Shown: piece by piece, positions 1 through 20,841 of the stretch
Layout: every line of letters begins with the position of its first letter
Numbering within the stretch: position 1 is the stretch's first letter
The notes under the pieces: generated by a model
Told to the model about the DNA's origin: nothing
What the model saw: the letters and a program-made list of their open reading frames with translations, nothing else
The model's database searches: none
Program-made: the position numbers and the translations under genes
Assembly (NCBI RefSeq): GCF_009914755.1
Contig: NC_060934.1
From: the human T2T-CHM13v2.0 reference genome, Homo sapiens
DNA: 64,000 bases
Strand: one strand, 5' to 3'

Positions 1-3274
<3,274 letters not shown>

Positions 3275-3929
3275 TAGAAACATTTTTTTTTTTAATATTA
3301 ACTGTAATTTAAAAACTAAAGTTTGCAGTTTGCTCCAATGTATCTCAAAGTCAAACTGGCAGGAACAGACTTATACAAACCTAATACACATACCTAACTT
3401 GGAAGGCTTATATTCTTATGCCATATTTTATCATCTGACTACTTAAAAAAGGGACTGAATTACAAGAATCCATCTCAGCATGCTTCTCCAATACATCAGT
3501 AGTAACACAATGCTAACATCAAGGGGCCGCCCCCACACAGGCCTGGAGCTGACTCAAGCAGACATCTGGGGTCATGGAGCAGGCAGACTGGAGGCAGGTT
3601 GGGAAAAGAACACAGCTCTGGACCAGGAATTCTTCCTTTTCGAAGGGGTTGCCTAGAAGGGTGGTTTCCATGCATGATCTGTGCTGATCTGGCTCACCAC
3701 CCCCAGACTGTAGCTCTCAGCAATCCCATGCTCAGAGGATGTGCCAGAGGGGTGCCCTCAGCATGGGACCAGTGCCCAGCAGGCACTTTTTTACAGTCTA
3801 AGGGGAGGCTGTGACCTCCAGATCCAAGAGTTCCTGCCTTAGAGAAAAGTAGGATGTGGGATAGCGGGTACCAAACCCCATTAGATCAACAATGCCATGT
3901 GTCATTTAAGAGTCCCGCACTCTAGAGTT

Positions 3930-4150
3930 CGCCCTGGATTAGAATCCCTGTTCTGCCGCCTAACAAATAAGTGACCTGAGCAACTTGCCTCAACTCTCTA
4001 AGTCTCAGCATCCCAATTGGTAAAATGCCCCTAATACAGCAGGAGCACCTACCTGAGAAGTAATTGTGCAGCTCAGGTGAAACGAGGTTATGATTGGCAT
4101 GACATTCTCCATTGAGGTTTGCCATAGTTATAGCCATGATTTCATTATTT
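3930..4150 (+). mobile_element. MIR fragment
   Basis: MIR core-like sequence (GTGACCTGAGCAAC...GTAAAATG). Confidence 0.55.
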
Positions 4151-4287
4151 AAAGAGTCTCTGAGGTCACAGTCATGAGCCCTCAGACAGTACAGATGGCC
4201 ACCCAGGGGCTAGATGATCTCTTGTTAAGAACGCTGTACAGCAAGCTTGTCCAACCTGCAGGATCTCTTGTTAAGAACACTGTAGAG

Positions 4288-4813
<526 letters not shown>

Positions 4814-4886
4814 GTAGCTGGGACTGTAAACATGAGCCACCATGACCAGCTCCGTTACCCTTTTATGGTCTTCCTCTATCTCTCTC

Positions 4887-5170
4887 TTTTTTTTTTTTCT
4901 TGAGATAGGGTCTCACTCTGTCACCCAAGCTGGAATGCAGGGATGTGATCATGGCTCACTGTAGCCTTGACCTCCCGGGCTCAATCAGTCCTCCCACCTC
5001 AGCCTCCTGAGTAGCTGGGACTAAAGGAGTGTGCCACCATGCTGGCTAATTTTATGTGTGTGTGAGATAGGGTTTCACCATATTGCCCAGGCTGGTCTCA
5101 AACTCCTGGACTCAGCGATCTACCTGCTTCAGCCTCCCAAAGTGTTGGGATTACAGCCATGAGCCATAGC
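4887..5170 (-). mobile_element. AluJ-like
   Basis: Diverged Alu. Confidence 0.85.
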
Positions 5171-7267
5171 TGCTCCTGGACTACGGTCTTCCTCTCATTA
5201 CCTTCTGATATTAATTAATGTATATTACCTTATTGTCTGATCCCTCTCTGGAGTATAAGCTCACTGAGTACAGAGACCTGTCTCACCATGGTCTCCCTAG
5301 CGCAGCCTGGCACATGACAGAGGCTGAAATATTTACGGAATGAACAAACGGAGAATGACCTGTAACACTCAGGCCTTGCATTTCATCTGAGGCTCAAAGA
5401 GATGGAGTTTGTCCAGAGATTGCAGGCTCTGAGCCCTCACATCTCCTATGGCCTTATTTCCATCTGGCTTCTCTGGGGTCCTGGGTATGAGGTCCTAGCT
5501 CAAGTCAAGACATGGAGACATCAGAGCTGGGTACCACCTCTTGCACCCTCATTGCACCCTAGCCCTCTCTGGGGTTCCTGCAGTCCTCCCAGAACCTCTG
5601 CATGGGACTGAGGCTAGCCAGCTGGTGCTTGGCTAGAAAAGCTATCGGTTGATCAATGAATATTTGCAGAGAGCCTCCTGCAGGTTCACCCTAGGCCTAA
5701 AGTGAAGGCAGAATGCCTTGAAATCTGCTGCTGGGGAGTGTCCCGGGATAACCTGGTAGAGACCAGGCCTGTTGAATTCCCCAGCTGTCCTGAAGCCTCC
5801 TCCATGACACTTACTGGGTAGTATAAAGTCTAACCCTGAATGATAGTTTGTGATTTCACACTGAAAAATGTCAATGACACACAGTGTGACATTCCAGTTT
5901 GCTGGTTAGCATGACCCTTCCTCCCTGAAGGCCACAGCTTTTCAAGGCATGGTCTGTAGACCCTCTGCAATAAACAATAACATGTTTGTGGAACAACGAA
6001 GCAGATTCCTAGCCAGCCCAGACTTGCTGGTTTGGAATCTCTGCAGTGAGTCTTGGAATATGCGTTTATCTCAACAGTATATCACTGGTACGACATCACA
6101 CAACTAGTAATTGGTAGAGAAAGATTCAACCCAGACAGTTGGGCTCCAGAGCCTGTCCTCTTAACTTTTACTCAGTGGTGTCTCTCAGTTCATCACAGGC
6201 TCACAGCCACCTGTCCCACTGGGAATGTCTGGAACAATCACCTCTCTAGTTTCCATTTGCACCCTTCCAACAAGCAGGTCCAGTCCCCCTTCTGGTGGCC
6301 ACCTTTTTACTTTGGTTACATGTGATGAAATCTCTTGTGAATATGCAGGTATGTATGTCTCCCCCATAAGTTCAGAGGGCAGGAAGTTATTCGATTCACT
6401 TCTGCATCCCTGGAAGCCAGGGCAGGGCCTGGCCCAGACCAACATCAGTTTCTGTGGGTTGCAAGAAGTATATATTCAACCAACCAATACTTCTTGTGCC
6501 TACGACCTGCCAGGCCCTTTCTAGGCACTTGGAATTCAGCATTATAAAACCAAGCAAAAATCTCTTCCCTTAAGGAGCTTATATTCTATGGGGGAAACGT
6601 ATCATATGAAATAATGGTTTCTGCAAGGTCTGCTAGGAAGTAAATGAAACAGATTGTAAGTGTATAGAGAAAGGTAAGAGCGCTGTGGACTGAAGCAGTC
6701 AGGGAGGGATTCCTGCAAGATGCTTCACTGGCATTGCCTTCTTTGTTGAAATCGACTACAAAGCCTCTTAAATGATTTTCTCCCTCACTCCCATGGCCAA
6801 TGCCGAGGCCCTAGTGTATCAGGCACTATTTGTATGTTCACAGCTCCTTGACTAGGGTCAGCAGGGAAGGTGTGGGAGTAGAGAAATGAGCCAGGAGGTG
6901 CAGAGAGACAATTAGTAGTGATGTTATTTCAAGCAAAATCCTTGTTCTGGAATTCCGTCCTGATCTGCTTTTCTCATGTTGCATTATCTTAAGCAAATTA
7001 ATTAATCCTTTGAGCCACAGCATCTGCATCTGTAAAATGAAAAAAAAAAAAAAACTAACAATGAGGTTGGTGTGAAGATTAAATGCATAACTAAGGGAAA
7101 GGGGGACAGGTCAATGAATGGAAGGCATTGTTGCTATTTTGGTAAAAAACACTCTCAAATAGTCCTCAGCCAAGAAGAGGGGCATGGCAGAAAGAGCAGC
7201 ACCCTGGGGACATCTAAAGCTCATTCAAACTTGGTGGATTCCTGGATCTTCAGTTCCCTGCTGGCGT

Positions 7268-7579
<312 letters not shown>

Positions 7580-8157
7580 GTCCTGCTGGTGTTATCTTAA
7601 AGAAGTAATCTGATCCCTCTGAGCCTCAGTTTACCTATTCACAAATGGGGCTTACAGCTCCCTGCCAGGGTTATTGTAAGGTTTAAAACCACAGATAAAA
7701 AGTCTCTAATTTGGTGCTTGTGACTTAGTAGGAGCTAAATAAACATAATAAACATTTCCGTCACTCTCCCATTTTCCTCCCCACCTAGCCTGGAGGCATC
7801 TGAGACAGCCTGATGGGAGTGTCCCTCAGAGTGACAGGGTCTTTGGACTTTCACTCAGGGCAGGCCCATCCAGCTCAGGCCCCACCCAAGACCCTTAGGC
7901 CAAGCTAAAGATTCTCTACTTAGGAGAGAAAAGCCAGCTGCCAAAGTTTGCCTGTATCCGGCAGAGAGGACAGGAATTAATCACGGGCCCTGCAGCTCAC
8001 TCTGGGCCCTGAGGTGATTCGAAGCCTCTCAGATTTAAGTTCCAACTGTAGGCTGAATGCTCTCAGGATTCCAGTGCCAGCCTCTACCCTGGGCTCTGGC
8101 CAGTACAGCCTGCCTGCTGCCCACCTGTCTTTCCACCTGGACGTCCGTAAGGCCAAT

Positions 8158-8620
8158 GTGTCCATTTCCTATTGCTTCCGTAACAAATGACGACAAACTT
8201 AGTGGCTTAAAACCAACCACACAAATGCATGATTTCACAGTTCTGGAGGTAAGAAGTCCTAATTGGGTTTTCTCTGGGCTAAAAGCAAGGTGTCAGCAAG
8301 ATTGTGTCCCTTCTAGAGTCTCGATGGGAGAAACCATTTCCTTACCTTTCCCAGTTCCTAGAGGATGTCTTAATTCCTCACCTCGGGGTTCCCTTCCTTC
8401 ACCTTCAAAGCCAGTTCAAAGCAATGGCAGGTTGATTCCTTCTCACATCGAAGCACGCTGACTCTCCTGCCTCCCTTTTACATTTATAAGGCCCCTTGTG
8501 TTTACATTGGGTCCTCCAGGATAATCTCCCAACTCAAAATTCTTGACTTAATCAGATTTGCCATGTGAGGTCATATATTCACACGTGCCATCTTTCGAGG
8601 ACATTATTTGGCCCAGGAGC
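8158..8620 (-). mobile_element. MLT1 (MaLR) solo LTR
   Basis: GTAACAAAT..CAAACTTAGTGGCTTAAAAC...CAGTTCTGGAGG..AGAAGTCC...GGATAATCTCCC hallmark segments. Confidence 0.75.
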
Positions 8621-8624
8621 ACAC

Positions 8625-9445
8625 CAGAATGCTCAATCTCACCACCCAAACCTGTTCTTCCTCTACCTTCCCCATCTCAGACAATGACACCCCCATCTAC
8701 CTAATCCAAACCAGGGCATCCTTCGTGATTCCTCTTTCCCTCATGCCCCACCCCTGCCACATCCACTACATCTGAAGGTCTTGTCTGTCTACATCTCTCA
8801 GCTTCCTCTTCTATTATCTTTGTCCAAGACCCCATCACCTGTCACCATGACCATGGCAGTAATTTCCTAACTGGTCTCTGCCTCCACTCTGTCCTCCCTA
8901 CAGTCCATTCTCCAAGCAGCTGGGGATCTTTCATCATCACCCTGCATAAAACCCTCCACTGATTTCCCACCTCGGTTAGAACCAACTCTAATCTCTTCAC
9001 CATGGTCTATGAGGAAGGCCCTGCATAATCTGGCCTTGCCAACATCTCCCAGCTCATCTCTGACCTCTCTCTCTTGTCCACTAAGTTCCAGCCATAGCTG
9101 CATCTGTGAATCCTCAGACAGGCCACAGTGGTCCTGTCTCAGGACTGGAATGCCCTTTCCCTGATTCAGACACAGCTGGCTCATTTTGATTAATCCGTTG
9201 TCAGTTCAGATGACACCTTCTCAGAGAGGCCCCTCTGGCCTCCAGTTCTATTTGTTCTCCATCTTCCCCAGCCACCACAGTCAAGCTGGCTTTGCTAAGA
9301 GTTTGTATGTTACCTGTCTTCCCCACTAGAAGGAAGCCCTAGAGAGCAGGGAACTCATTTACCTTGTTTACCACAGAATTCCTAGTACCTGAGCCAGTGC
9401 CTGGCACACATTAGATGCTCAATAAATTAAATACCAATGAATGCA
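8625..9445 (+). mobile_element. L2 fragment
   Basis: L2 3' end GTGCCTGGCACA...GCTCAATAAAT. Confidence 0.6.
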
Positions 9446-9713
9446 ATTTAGAGAAAAAAAATTATGGTCCTTGATTTATATTCACAGAAGTCTGAGATCT
9501 GAATGCATATAAATCAGCCCTCCTTGAATTTATTGAGCCTACTATGTGCTGCTTTACGGAAGACAGATGGTAAGAAGCCAGCCTTACTACTTCCAGGACC
9601 TCACAGCCCAGGAAGAAAGAATATGCCAAAAAGAAGGTAAAGTTGAGAACTCAAATACAAGGCCTTTCTGGTAAGCTCCACAGGGCAGGGGGCTTAGAAC
9701 CCTGGGTGATAGT

Positions 9714-9992
9714 AGGGTGCAGTGGTTCATGCCTGTAATCTCAGCACTTTGCAAGGCTAAGACGGGAGGATTGCTTGAGGCCAGGAGTTCAAGACCAGAC
9801 TGGGTAATGTCTGGTCCATAGTGAGACCCTGTCTCTAAAAAAATAAAAATAAAAATAACTTAGCTGGGCATGGTGGTGCACACCTGTGGTCCCAGTTACT
9901 CGGGGGGATGGCCTGAGTCTGGGAATTCGAGGCTGTGGTGAGCTATGATCACTGCACTTCAGCCTGGGTGAATGCAAGAGCCCATCTCTTTA
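9714..9992 (+). mobile_element. AluJ-like
   Basis: Diverged Alu. Confidence 0.85.
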
Positions 9993-10050
9993 AAGAAAGT
10001 CCTTGATTGCCTAGTGGGTTAGGAAATAAATAAATAAATAAAAGAAGAAT

Positions 10051-10474
<424 letters not shown>

Positions 10475-10712
10475 TTATTTCAAGAAAATTCTGTCTGAGG
10501 AACACAAGCAGCCTAAGATCCAACTTTTGCCCCAAGTAGTTTGCAATCTAGATGTGGGGACTAGCAGCAGAAAGCACAGGAGGGCGTCTGAAGGGAGGCG
10601 GTGCAGGAAACTGCTGAAGAGCTTGAGTTTGGGGTCAGGCAAGCCTAGGTCTGTGTCTTAGCTCTACCACTGACTGCTGTGTCTCAGTTTCCTTATAAAA
10701 ATCTTTCTCCTT

Positions 10713-11202
<490 letters not shown>

Positions 11203-11783
11203 TGTTGTGAGACTTAAAGGAAGATTATGAATGTAAAGTGTTCAGCACAGAGTTTTGCACTCAGTAAATGCTCAATAAAAGGCAGCTATTGTGATTAAAA
11301 TAAATAGATGGGACAGTGTATGGGGCTTTTAGTGTTTTTGAGATTCTAGGGGCTGGAGAGGAGCTGTGTGGCCAAAATGTGTCTCAGTTATAGATAGGCC
11401 ACAGGGCCAGTGAGTCCCCTGGTGGGGTCCCAAACAGATCATCCCAGAAGACTGAGGCAGAGAGTCTATGGTGTGACCCAGATATATGTTTAACAAGCTT
11501 CCCCAGTGATAGGTCACTCAAGGTTGAGAACAACTGACTTCATGTGGCCATGCTTGGCAGGCCAGCCACCCCTGGTTTTTGCCTTTCAAAGCAGCAGCAT
11601 TTGGACACCTTTCTCTTGGAAGCACCACACTGGGCTGGATGCCTGAACCCTGCCTTCCGTTTCCTGGAGCAGAGCTTTGCAAGGTGCAGAGAAACACCTG
11701 GTTTGCAGGTCCCAGGAGCTGTGTAAAATGCAGATTCTTGGACAGGATCCAGGCCTTCTGAATGAGAATCTGCAAGAATGTAA

Positions 11784-12041
11784 GGCTGGGTGCAGTGGAT
11801 CATATCTGTAATCCCAGCACTTTGGGAGGCTGAGACCAGTGGATTGCTTGAGCCCAGGAGTTCAAGATCAGCCTGGTCAACATGGTGAAACCCCATCTCT
11901 ACCAAAAAAATACAAAAATTAGCTAGGCGTGCCTGTAGTCCCAGCTACCTGGGAGGCTGAGGTGGGAAGATCACTTGAGCCCAGGAGGTGCAGTGAGCCA
12001 AGTTAGTGCTATTACATTCTAGCCTAGGTGACAGAGCCAGA
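11784..12041 (+). mobile_element. AluJ-like
   Basis: Alu followed by a TA/CA microsatellite. Confidence 0.85.
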
Positions 12042-12190
12042 CTATATATATACATACACACACACATACATATATAGTGTATATAAAGTATATACCTATA
12101 TAAAGAATATATGTATGTATATAAAGAAAACATATACATACATAAATATACGTGTGTGTGTGTGTGTATGTGTGTGTGTATATATATATG
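12042..12190. repeat. (TA)n/(CA)n/(TG)n compound microsatellite
   Basis: Seen directly. Confidence 0.85.
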
Positions 12191-12589
12191 TAAAACAATC
12201 CAGAAGTATGTGGTCCAGAAATCTACAGAGGTGAGCTCCTGAGAACACTGGCTCTCTGCCCTTTGCTTGGACACCTTCCCTCATAATTTCATCACCTGCA
12301 CTCTTTTGTCCTCCAAGGCCTAAACGCCACCTCTTCTGTGCCACTGGCTGCCATGGCTGAGCCAGTCCTTTTGCCCAGTGGCCCCCCTCTGTAACTGCAC
12401 TTATGTCACCACATGGTGGGATGTGTGCGTATGCCATTTCCTCCCAGAACATCCTCCCTTCCCTACCTGCTTGCATTCATTCCCCCTCTAATCTCAGCAG
12501 GTGCTCCGTGAATGTTGGTGGTATCAATCTGGGGGTTAATCTTTCTCTCTTCTCCTATCCTTCATTACATTAAAAATTCTTAGAAGGTG

Positions 12590-12883
<294 letters not shown>

Positions 12884-13405
12884 TTACATCCAAACACTAA
12901 CCTTGCACTTCAACCAGCCTTCAGGAAACATTTGGTGAAATGAAACGTTGACTCCTCTGTTGTGATCAAGTCCAGACTATGTATGGTTCCTAGTAATTCA
13001 GGGAGGCTGGGTTGGTTATTCTCACAGAATCAAGATTAATGATCTCCCAGCAAAGCAGTGATTTTACCTGTTGATAGAGTCCTGCTTAATGACTAAAAAT
13101 CACCTATCTTATACTTTCCAGCCCCTGAAGTGTGGCCCCTCCCAGAGGAAGCCAGAGGGAGTCAGCGCCTGGGACCAAGATCAAGGACCACCTGGTATTC
13201 CTCTCCCTATGACTTGGAAATTCCACCAGCTAAACACTGCCAACAACCAGTGGCTTCCCATCTGGCCTACAGTAAAAACCTAAGATCCTTAGGATGCCTA
13301 CAGGGCTCTTGGTGATCTCCTTCTCCACAGCCCCTCCTCCATCCCCCACCCCACTTCTTGTTATCTCTTTGACATCATCTCCTACAACTCTTCCTAAGTC
13401 TAGAT

Positions 13406-13618
13406 TTGAGCTTCTCAAACTTGGCACTCTGGACGTTTTGGGAAGGATCATTCTTTGGAGAATGTGGAGACCGTCCCGTGCATTGTAGGATGTTGAACAG
13501 CATCCTTGACTCTCATAGTGCACACTCCCATCCCAGCTGTGACAACCCAAAATGTTTCCAGACATGGCCAGATGTCCCCTGCGGGGAGAGGAGCAAAATG
13601 GCCCTGTGAGGACCACTG
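13406..13618 (+). mobile_element. MER20 (hAT-Charlie)
   Basis: GTGCATTGTAGGATGTT..CAGCATCC...GTGACAACC.AAAATGT.TCCAGACAT.GCCA...ACCACTG; 8-bp TSD GTCTAGA(T/C). Confidence 0.82.
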
Positions 13619-14294
13619 GTCTAGACCACTCCCGCCAGCCCTGCTGCCCTCCTTGCTGTTCACACTACTACTTCCAGGTCCTTGCACTTGCTCTTCCCTC
13701 TACAGGGGTCTCCCCTGCACTTCTTTCTGGTCTTTACTCAAATGTCACCTGCTCGGTGAGATCTTACCCAACCATCCTATTTAAAATTGCAACCCATCCT
13801 AATCATCCCTAAAACATTTCCCTCCTTAATTTTTCTCCATAGCATTTATCACTGTTAGGCATTCCACAAGTCTTACTCATTTTTAGTGTCTATTTACTTC
13901 CATCCAGTAGGATGTAGCTCTCTGAGGGTGAGATTTTGTTTGTTTGATGTTTTGTTTTGGTCTTCTCTGTCCACTGCTGTATCTCTGGACTTAGAACAAT
14001 GACTGGCACACAAAAGGCACTCAATAAATATTCAATGGATGGGTGGATGGCTGGGACAGCTCAAATTCCTTTCTACCTCAGAAGCTGGTGGGTCAAGAGA
14101 GAAGATAAGCCTGTGTCACTTCTCCAGTGAATCCATGGTGTCATGGATTCGCTGAAGCCATGTGTCGGGGTGGACTCTATACTGGGCCTTTAAGCACTTT
14201 ACCTCCTCCCACACCAGAGTTTTTTTTTTCTCTCTCTCTCCTTTTTCCTGTCTTTGTTTCTTTTCTTTTTCTTCTCTCCTCTCCTCTTCTCTTT

Positions 14295-14587
14295 TTCCTT
14301 TTGCTTCTCATAGTCTTGCTCTGTCACCCAGGCTGGAATACAGTGGCATAATCATGGCTCACTGAAGCCTCAAACTCCTGGGCTCAAATGATCCTCCAGC
14401 CTCAGCCTCCCAAGTAGCTGGGACTACAGGTGTACACCACCACGTTCAGCTAATTTTTTTTCCCATCTTTTTAGAGACAGGGTCTCCTATGTTGCCCAGG
14501 CCGGTCTTGAACTCCTGGCCTCAAGTGGTCATCCCACCTCAGCCTCTCAAGTAGCTGGAATTACAGGTGAGAGCCACTGTACTTGGC
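14295..14587 (-). mobile_element. AluJ-like
   Basis: Diverged Alu. Confidence 0.85.
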
Positions 14588-15008
14588 AAGAGTTTTATTT
14601 AATTGCCCTTCTTGAGAGAATAGTGGAAAATTATGTGGGACAGGGGCTTTCAGAGCTGGCTATGAAAAGCAGTCATTTCTTCTTTTCTTTTTTTCCCCTC
14701 TCACATTCTTTTTATAGCTGTATGTATCATGCATGTGCAACCTCATGTTACCCCTGCCCTTTGGTAAGAAGCCTATGTTTACATATATATATATTTTACT
14801 TATATAATAATAATCGTTTATCTTTTCTGAGTGCTTCCTGAATGCCAAGTATTGTGCTAAGTATAGGGACCCCTTCATTTAACCCTCCAAACAACACTAT
14901 AAGTCTAGTTTTATTGTTATTGTCAACTGCTTCTGCAGATAAACTGCCATAGCTTCAGTATCTGATGCAGAAACACATAGACACATATCTGAATTTGAAG
15001 CCAAACAA

Positions 15009-15645
<637 letters not shown>

Positions 15646-15899
15646 AACAAGATGGTTTGACTCTGGTATTCCTCTCATTCTTAACCACTACAATAACTGC
15701 CTCTCTTGAAAGATAAGCTCATATCAGACAGTCAGGCAGTAAAGAAGGTAAACAGGTAGAGCTCACCACACTCCCCCAAAGGAAAAGCTGTTAGCTGATA
15801 ACACTTATACCAGCAGAATTTTTATACCAGTAAAATGTATAGAAGCATATAAAAAGATATGAACACATATACCCATGTAGTTAAGTGGGTTTTTAAAAT

Positions 15900-16190
15900 T
15901 TTAATATTTATTTATTTTAGAGATAAGGTCTCATTCTGTTGCTTAGGCTGGAGTGCAGTAGAGCAATCACAGCTTACTGCAGCCTTGAATTCCTGGGCTC
16001 AAGCAATCCTCCCAACTCAGCCTCCCAAGTAGCCAGGAATATGCCTAGCTAATTATTTTTATTTTTATTTTTGTTGAGACGGGGTCTCACTGTGTTGACC
16101 AGGTTGGTCTCAAAATCCTGGCCTCAAGCAATCCTCTTGCCTTGGCCTCCCAAAATGTTGGCATTACAGGAAGTGAGCCACAGCACCCAA
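15900..16190 (-). mobile_element. AluJ-like
   Basis: Diverged Alu. Confidence 0.83.
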
Positions 16191-16315
16191 CTTAAGTGAG
16201 TTTTTTCTTTTTCCTACAATAGTAGTGTCAGACATTTTGTCTCCCTTAGTTTTTTCACTCTCCAATAATACATTTTGAACCAGATCTTTAAACTCCATTA
16301 AGTTGTTGCCTCTCT

Positions 16316-16613
<298 letters not shown>

Positions 16614-17770
16614 TGTTGCCTCCCTTGTTAAAAGGCTTATGTGGATGTTCTGGCTGCTGGAGCTAAGGATGAAGGTAAACCTTGGGATGAACTGCCATTT
16701 TGCATAATGTGCTGGCTACAACAGCGGCTGGACGGGTTTAGACTCTCATTTGTTCACGTGCTACCTTCAGTTGGGGTGTTTGTTTATTGTTTTTGTTTTT
16801 TAGCTTAGGTAGCTTCAAGGTACCAACCCACCGGCTGAGAAATGAATAGGTTCATCTCTCTAATAGATCAGAGGTCTTCAAAGAAGAGCTTTCCTGGCAG
16901 CCCCAGGTAATCCTGGAGATGGGGCTGAAGGAGCCCAGGGGCTCCTTAGGTGCCTTAAGGATTGGACCCAGGATGCATCGCTCATTTTCCAGGTATGGAC
17001 ACTGTCCTAGGGGCCAAACTCCTGGTAGCAGTTCATTTAATCTATACAACTGTACCAGGTAGGTCTCACTGCCTGGTCTTACAGATGAGAAACTGATGCT
17101 CAGAGATGTTAATAACTCACCCTGAATCTCACAGCTCATAAGGTGTAGAGCTGTATCTTTCTTACTTAGATCTCATGGAATCACAGCAGAAGGTTGGAGC
17201 TGTTTGAAGTCTTCTAACTCCAGCCCCTGATTCCATATAAATGAAGCACAGCAGCCTAGGGCTCTCACAAAGTTGGCTGCAGGCCACGCAGCAGGTGTGA
17301 AGAATTGGCTGAGGTTCCCCAGTTTTTCAAACTATATTTGCTATAAAAGACCTCCAGGAAAGGGGTAGAATTGAATGGAGTAGATTCTGCATCCTGAAGC
17401 CCCACAGGCATTAGAATAACTGTCTTCCTGAAGAGGATTTGCCCACAGCTCAACCGAATTAAGCTGTATGTCAATATGAATCAAGGGTGGGAACCATAAT
17501 CTATAACTTCTCCCAAAGAGACAAGCCCTAGCCTGCTGATAGAGCTGGCCCTGGCAGGAAGTGGCAGGAATGAGGGATACTGTTAGAGAACTGAGACTTC
17601 AAACACTCCCACTCACACCAGCCCTCCGTTTTTTACCAACAGGGACTTTTTTGATTCTAGAGCCTCTTAATTAAATCCCTCCATCCGCAATCTCCCAAAG
17701 CCAAAAATATAGTCACCCATAAGTACACTTTTTCCCTAGTCCAGTCTTTTCGGTTAAAAACAAACATCAA

Positions 17771-18285
<515 letters not shown>

Positions 18286-20841
18286 TTAGAAACTTGCTAA
18301 ATGTCCTTCAAGGGGAGATCCAAGTAAATAAATTGTGCCAAATCTGAACTGTGGTGTAGTCTGAGCACCCCCCACCCCTAGTAAAGAATAAATTGCATCC
18401 AAAGATAACAAGGTCACCAAGACCTACTAGTAACTGCATCAAACCAAGTTGCAGAATAAGCACAATAAATAACTAAAAATTAGGAAAGAATACAGAAAGG
18501 GTATCACAACTTCATAAGGAAAAATTTGAAAAACACAGAAAAATTGGAAGTAGAATCACTCCTCCCTCCACCACCCATTTCTGAAAAGGAATCATTGTTA
18601 ATATTTAATGTCTTTCTCTCAGTTTCCTTGCTGGATGTGGTCCTGTCATAGAAAGTGGTGGTCAGAACACACTGGAGTGTGACCAGGGCTGAATCGCACG
18701 CAGCTTTTTCACCCCCTGCCTAGGTGAGCTTCAGTCTCCAAATCTGTTACATGGAAGTGATTCCACGCTCCAGGGTTGTTGTATGGATTAAATGAAACCA
18801 AGTATGGAAAGCACCCAGCCTGGTCCCTAGGAAATAAGATTAATACATGACAGCTATTGTTCCATTTCCCTTAACGTTTTTACGTAATTGATTCTGAATG
18901 TTCTTCGGAGTCTTTAAAAACACCACATCGAATGGCTAGTTTTGAATGACTAGATTCTAGTGTCTTCGCCATTCTCTTAGGAGAAATGTTTGGGCTGCTT
19001 CCATTTTTACTTTCTTATAAATAGCTCTGTGATGAACACTGTTGTGAATATAGCTTTACCTCCCCCGCATTTTGAAGATTTTCCTTAAGATCATTTCCCA
19101 GAAGTGGAATTACTAGGCCAAAGGGTAATAAACATTTTTAGACTTCATATGCATAATGCCTGATTGCACAAAGCAGGTGTTACTTTCCATACTTACCTCC
19201 GCCCCGCCCCCACCTTTTTACCATTCCCAAAACCTCCCTGCCCCCTCATCCTCCCTGGAAATGACACCTGGCTGCTTCCTACCTCCCACTTCCTGTGCTT
19301 CCGCCTCCCCTGTCTCCTTCAGCTGCAGAGCCCTTCCCCCTCCCTCTGCCAGAGTAAATCCTCCCTGGTTTTCAACCCTCATACACCTTTCCCCAGCCCT
19401 TCCTGAGGTCAGGAATGAAATCTTGGGCTTCTCTCCCTTCCCTACTCCACCCAGGAATTTCACGTATTCACTGGGCAAAATATCCTACTAGGGACAGGCT
19501 AGGGAATGTGGCTGCGGGGCTTTAGGAGCTGACTCTTTGGTCACGGGGAGAGAGGGAAACATAAATAATCAAATGTAAACACGAAAGACAAGGGCATGGA
19601 CAAGTTCATAACAGAGAAGAGAAAAGGGAGGGTCAGCTCAGCCTCATGAGTGATACTTGTTGGTGCTGTGTGACTCTGAGCACGTCACTTAGCCTCTATG
19701 AACCTGGGTGCCCCATCTGTACTCATCTCTTCACTGGGAAGCAGAGGTTAAGTAAGTTATTCAGGTGAACTTGCTTAGCCAGAAGTATGCAGCAGGTGCT
19801 CAATAAATGTGTGTTCATGGTGAGGACTTAGTATAGACTTGTGGGTTAATACACAGGCTGGGGCTGGACTGGGAGGGTGCTTGTGGCCAAGAGGCTCACT
19901 TATCTCAGGGGCCTGTTCTTCCCATTTGGGGACTAGGCTGCTGCATGCTCATTTCTTCCACCAAGAGGCAGGTTTCCTGCAGGGTCTGGTTGCTTGGGTC
20001 TCAAGTCCCTAGAGTCCAGAGAGACATGCCAAAGGGATGGAATTGGGGGTGAGGGGGAGATGACATGTGCTTACAAGGAAGTGAGTTTACTCATGAATCA
20101 TCTTTGCCTCTGTGTGTTGAAGTGGTGGGATAGAATGTGCACAATGCCTCCTTTTAACACCATTTTTCTGGACATGCTGCAGACTTGCTCCTGTTCAGTC
20201 TGCAAATCACTCTGCCTTAACAAGGAGAACTTTGCACGAGGCCCAGAGAACAGAGGCTTCTGGGACTGATGTCACCCGAGGTTCGAGGAATGCCAAGGGC
20301 ACCAGGCTGGGCCGTTCAGTTATTCATCCTCCCCATGGTCAAGGCAGGCTCAGAGCAGCCCCATCCCTGCCACAGATGAAGTTCAAGGCTATGGCCAAAG
20401 TCAGGCTTGCTAAGTGTCTTTTGGTGGTGGGGATGGAGCAGGGACTATAACCCTCAAATTTCAGCAATTTAAAGCTGAGAGAACCTTTAGTCACCATCTA
20501 ATTCAAACTTCTCCCCTCTTTTTGTAGAGGGGAAACTGAGGCTCAGAAAGTTTGAGAGACTTGCCTAAGCTTACACAGCTCATGGCACAAATTATAAAGC
20601 TAGGACTTGAACCTTGGTCTCCTGATTCCTAGCACATTGCTCTTTTCAAACCCCACAGGTACGATCCATCTAGGGTTACCTCTCAACCCACCCCACATCC
20701 TATAAACCCATAAATCACTGTAATATTGACAATGAGCTACTATCTATGATAAGTACCTGACATAAGCACCAGGCTAAATGCTTAGGATGTATTGTCTAAT
20801 TCAAGCCTTTCAACACCTCCAGGAAGTTAAGCACTAGAACC

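Noticed and set aside
6283-6301. CTCF-like TGGCCACCAGAAGGGG on the minus strand
   Set aside because: Partial motif match only; cannot be supported without ChIP data
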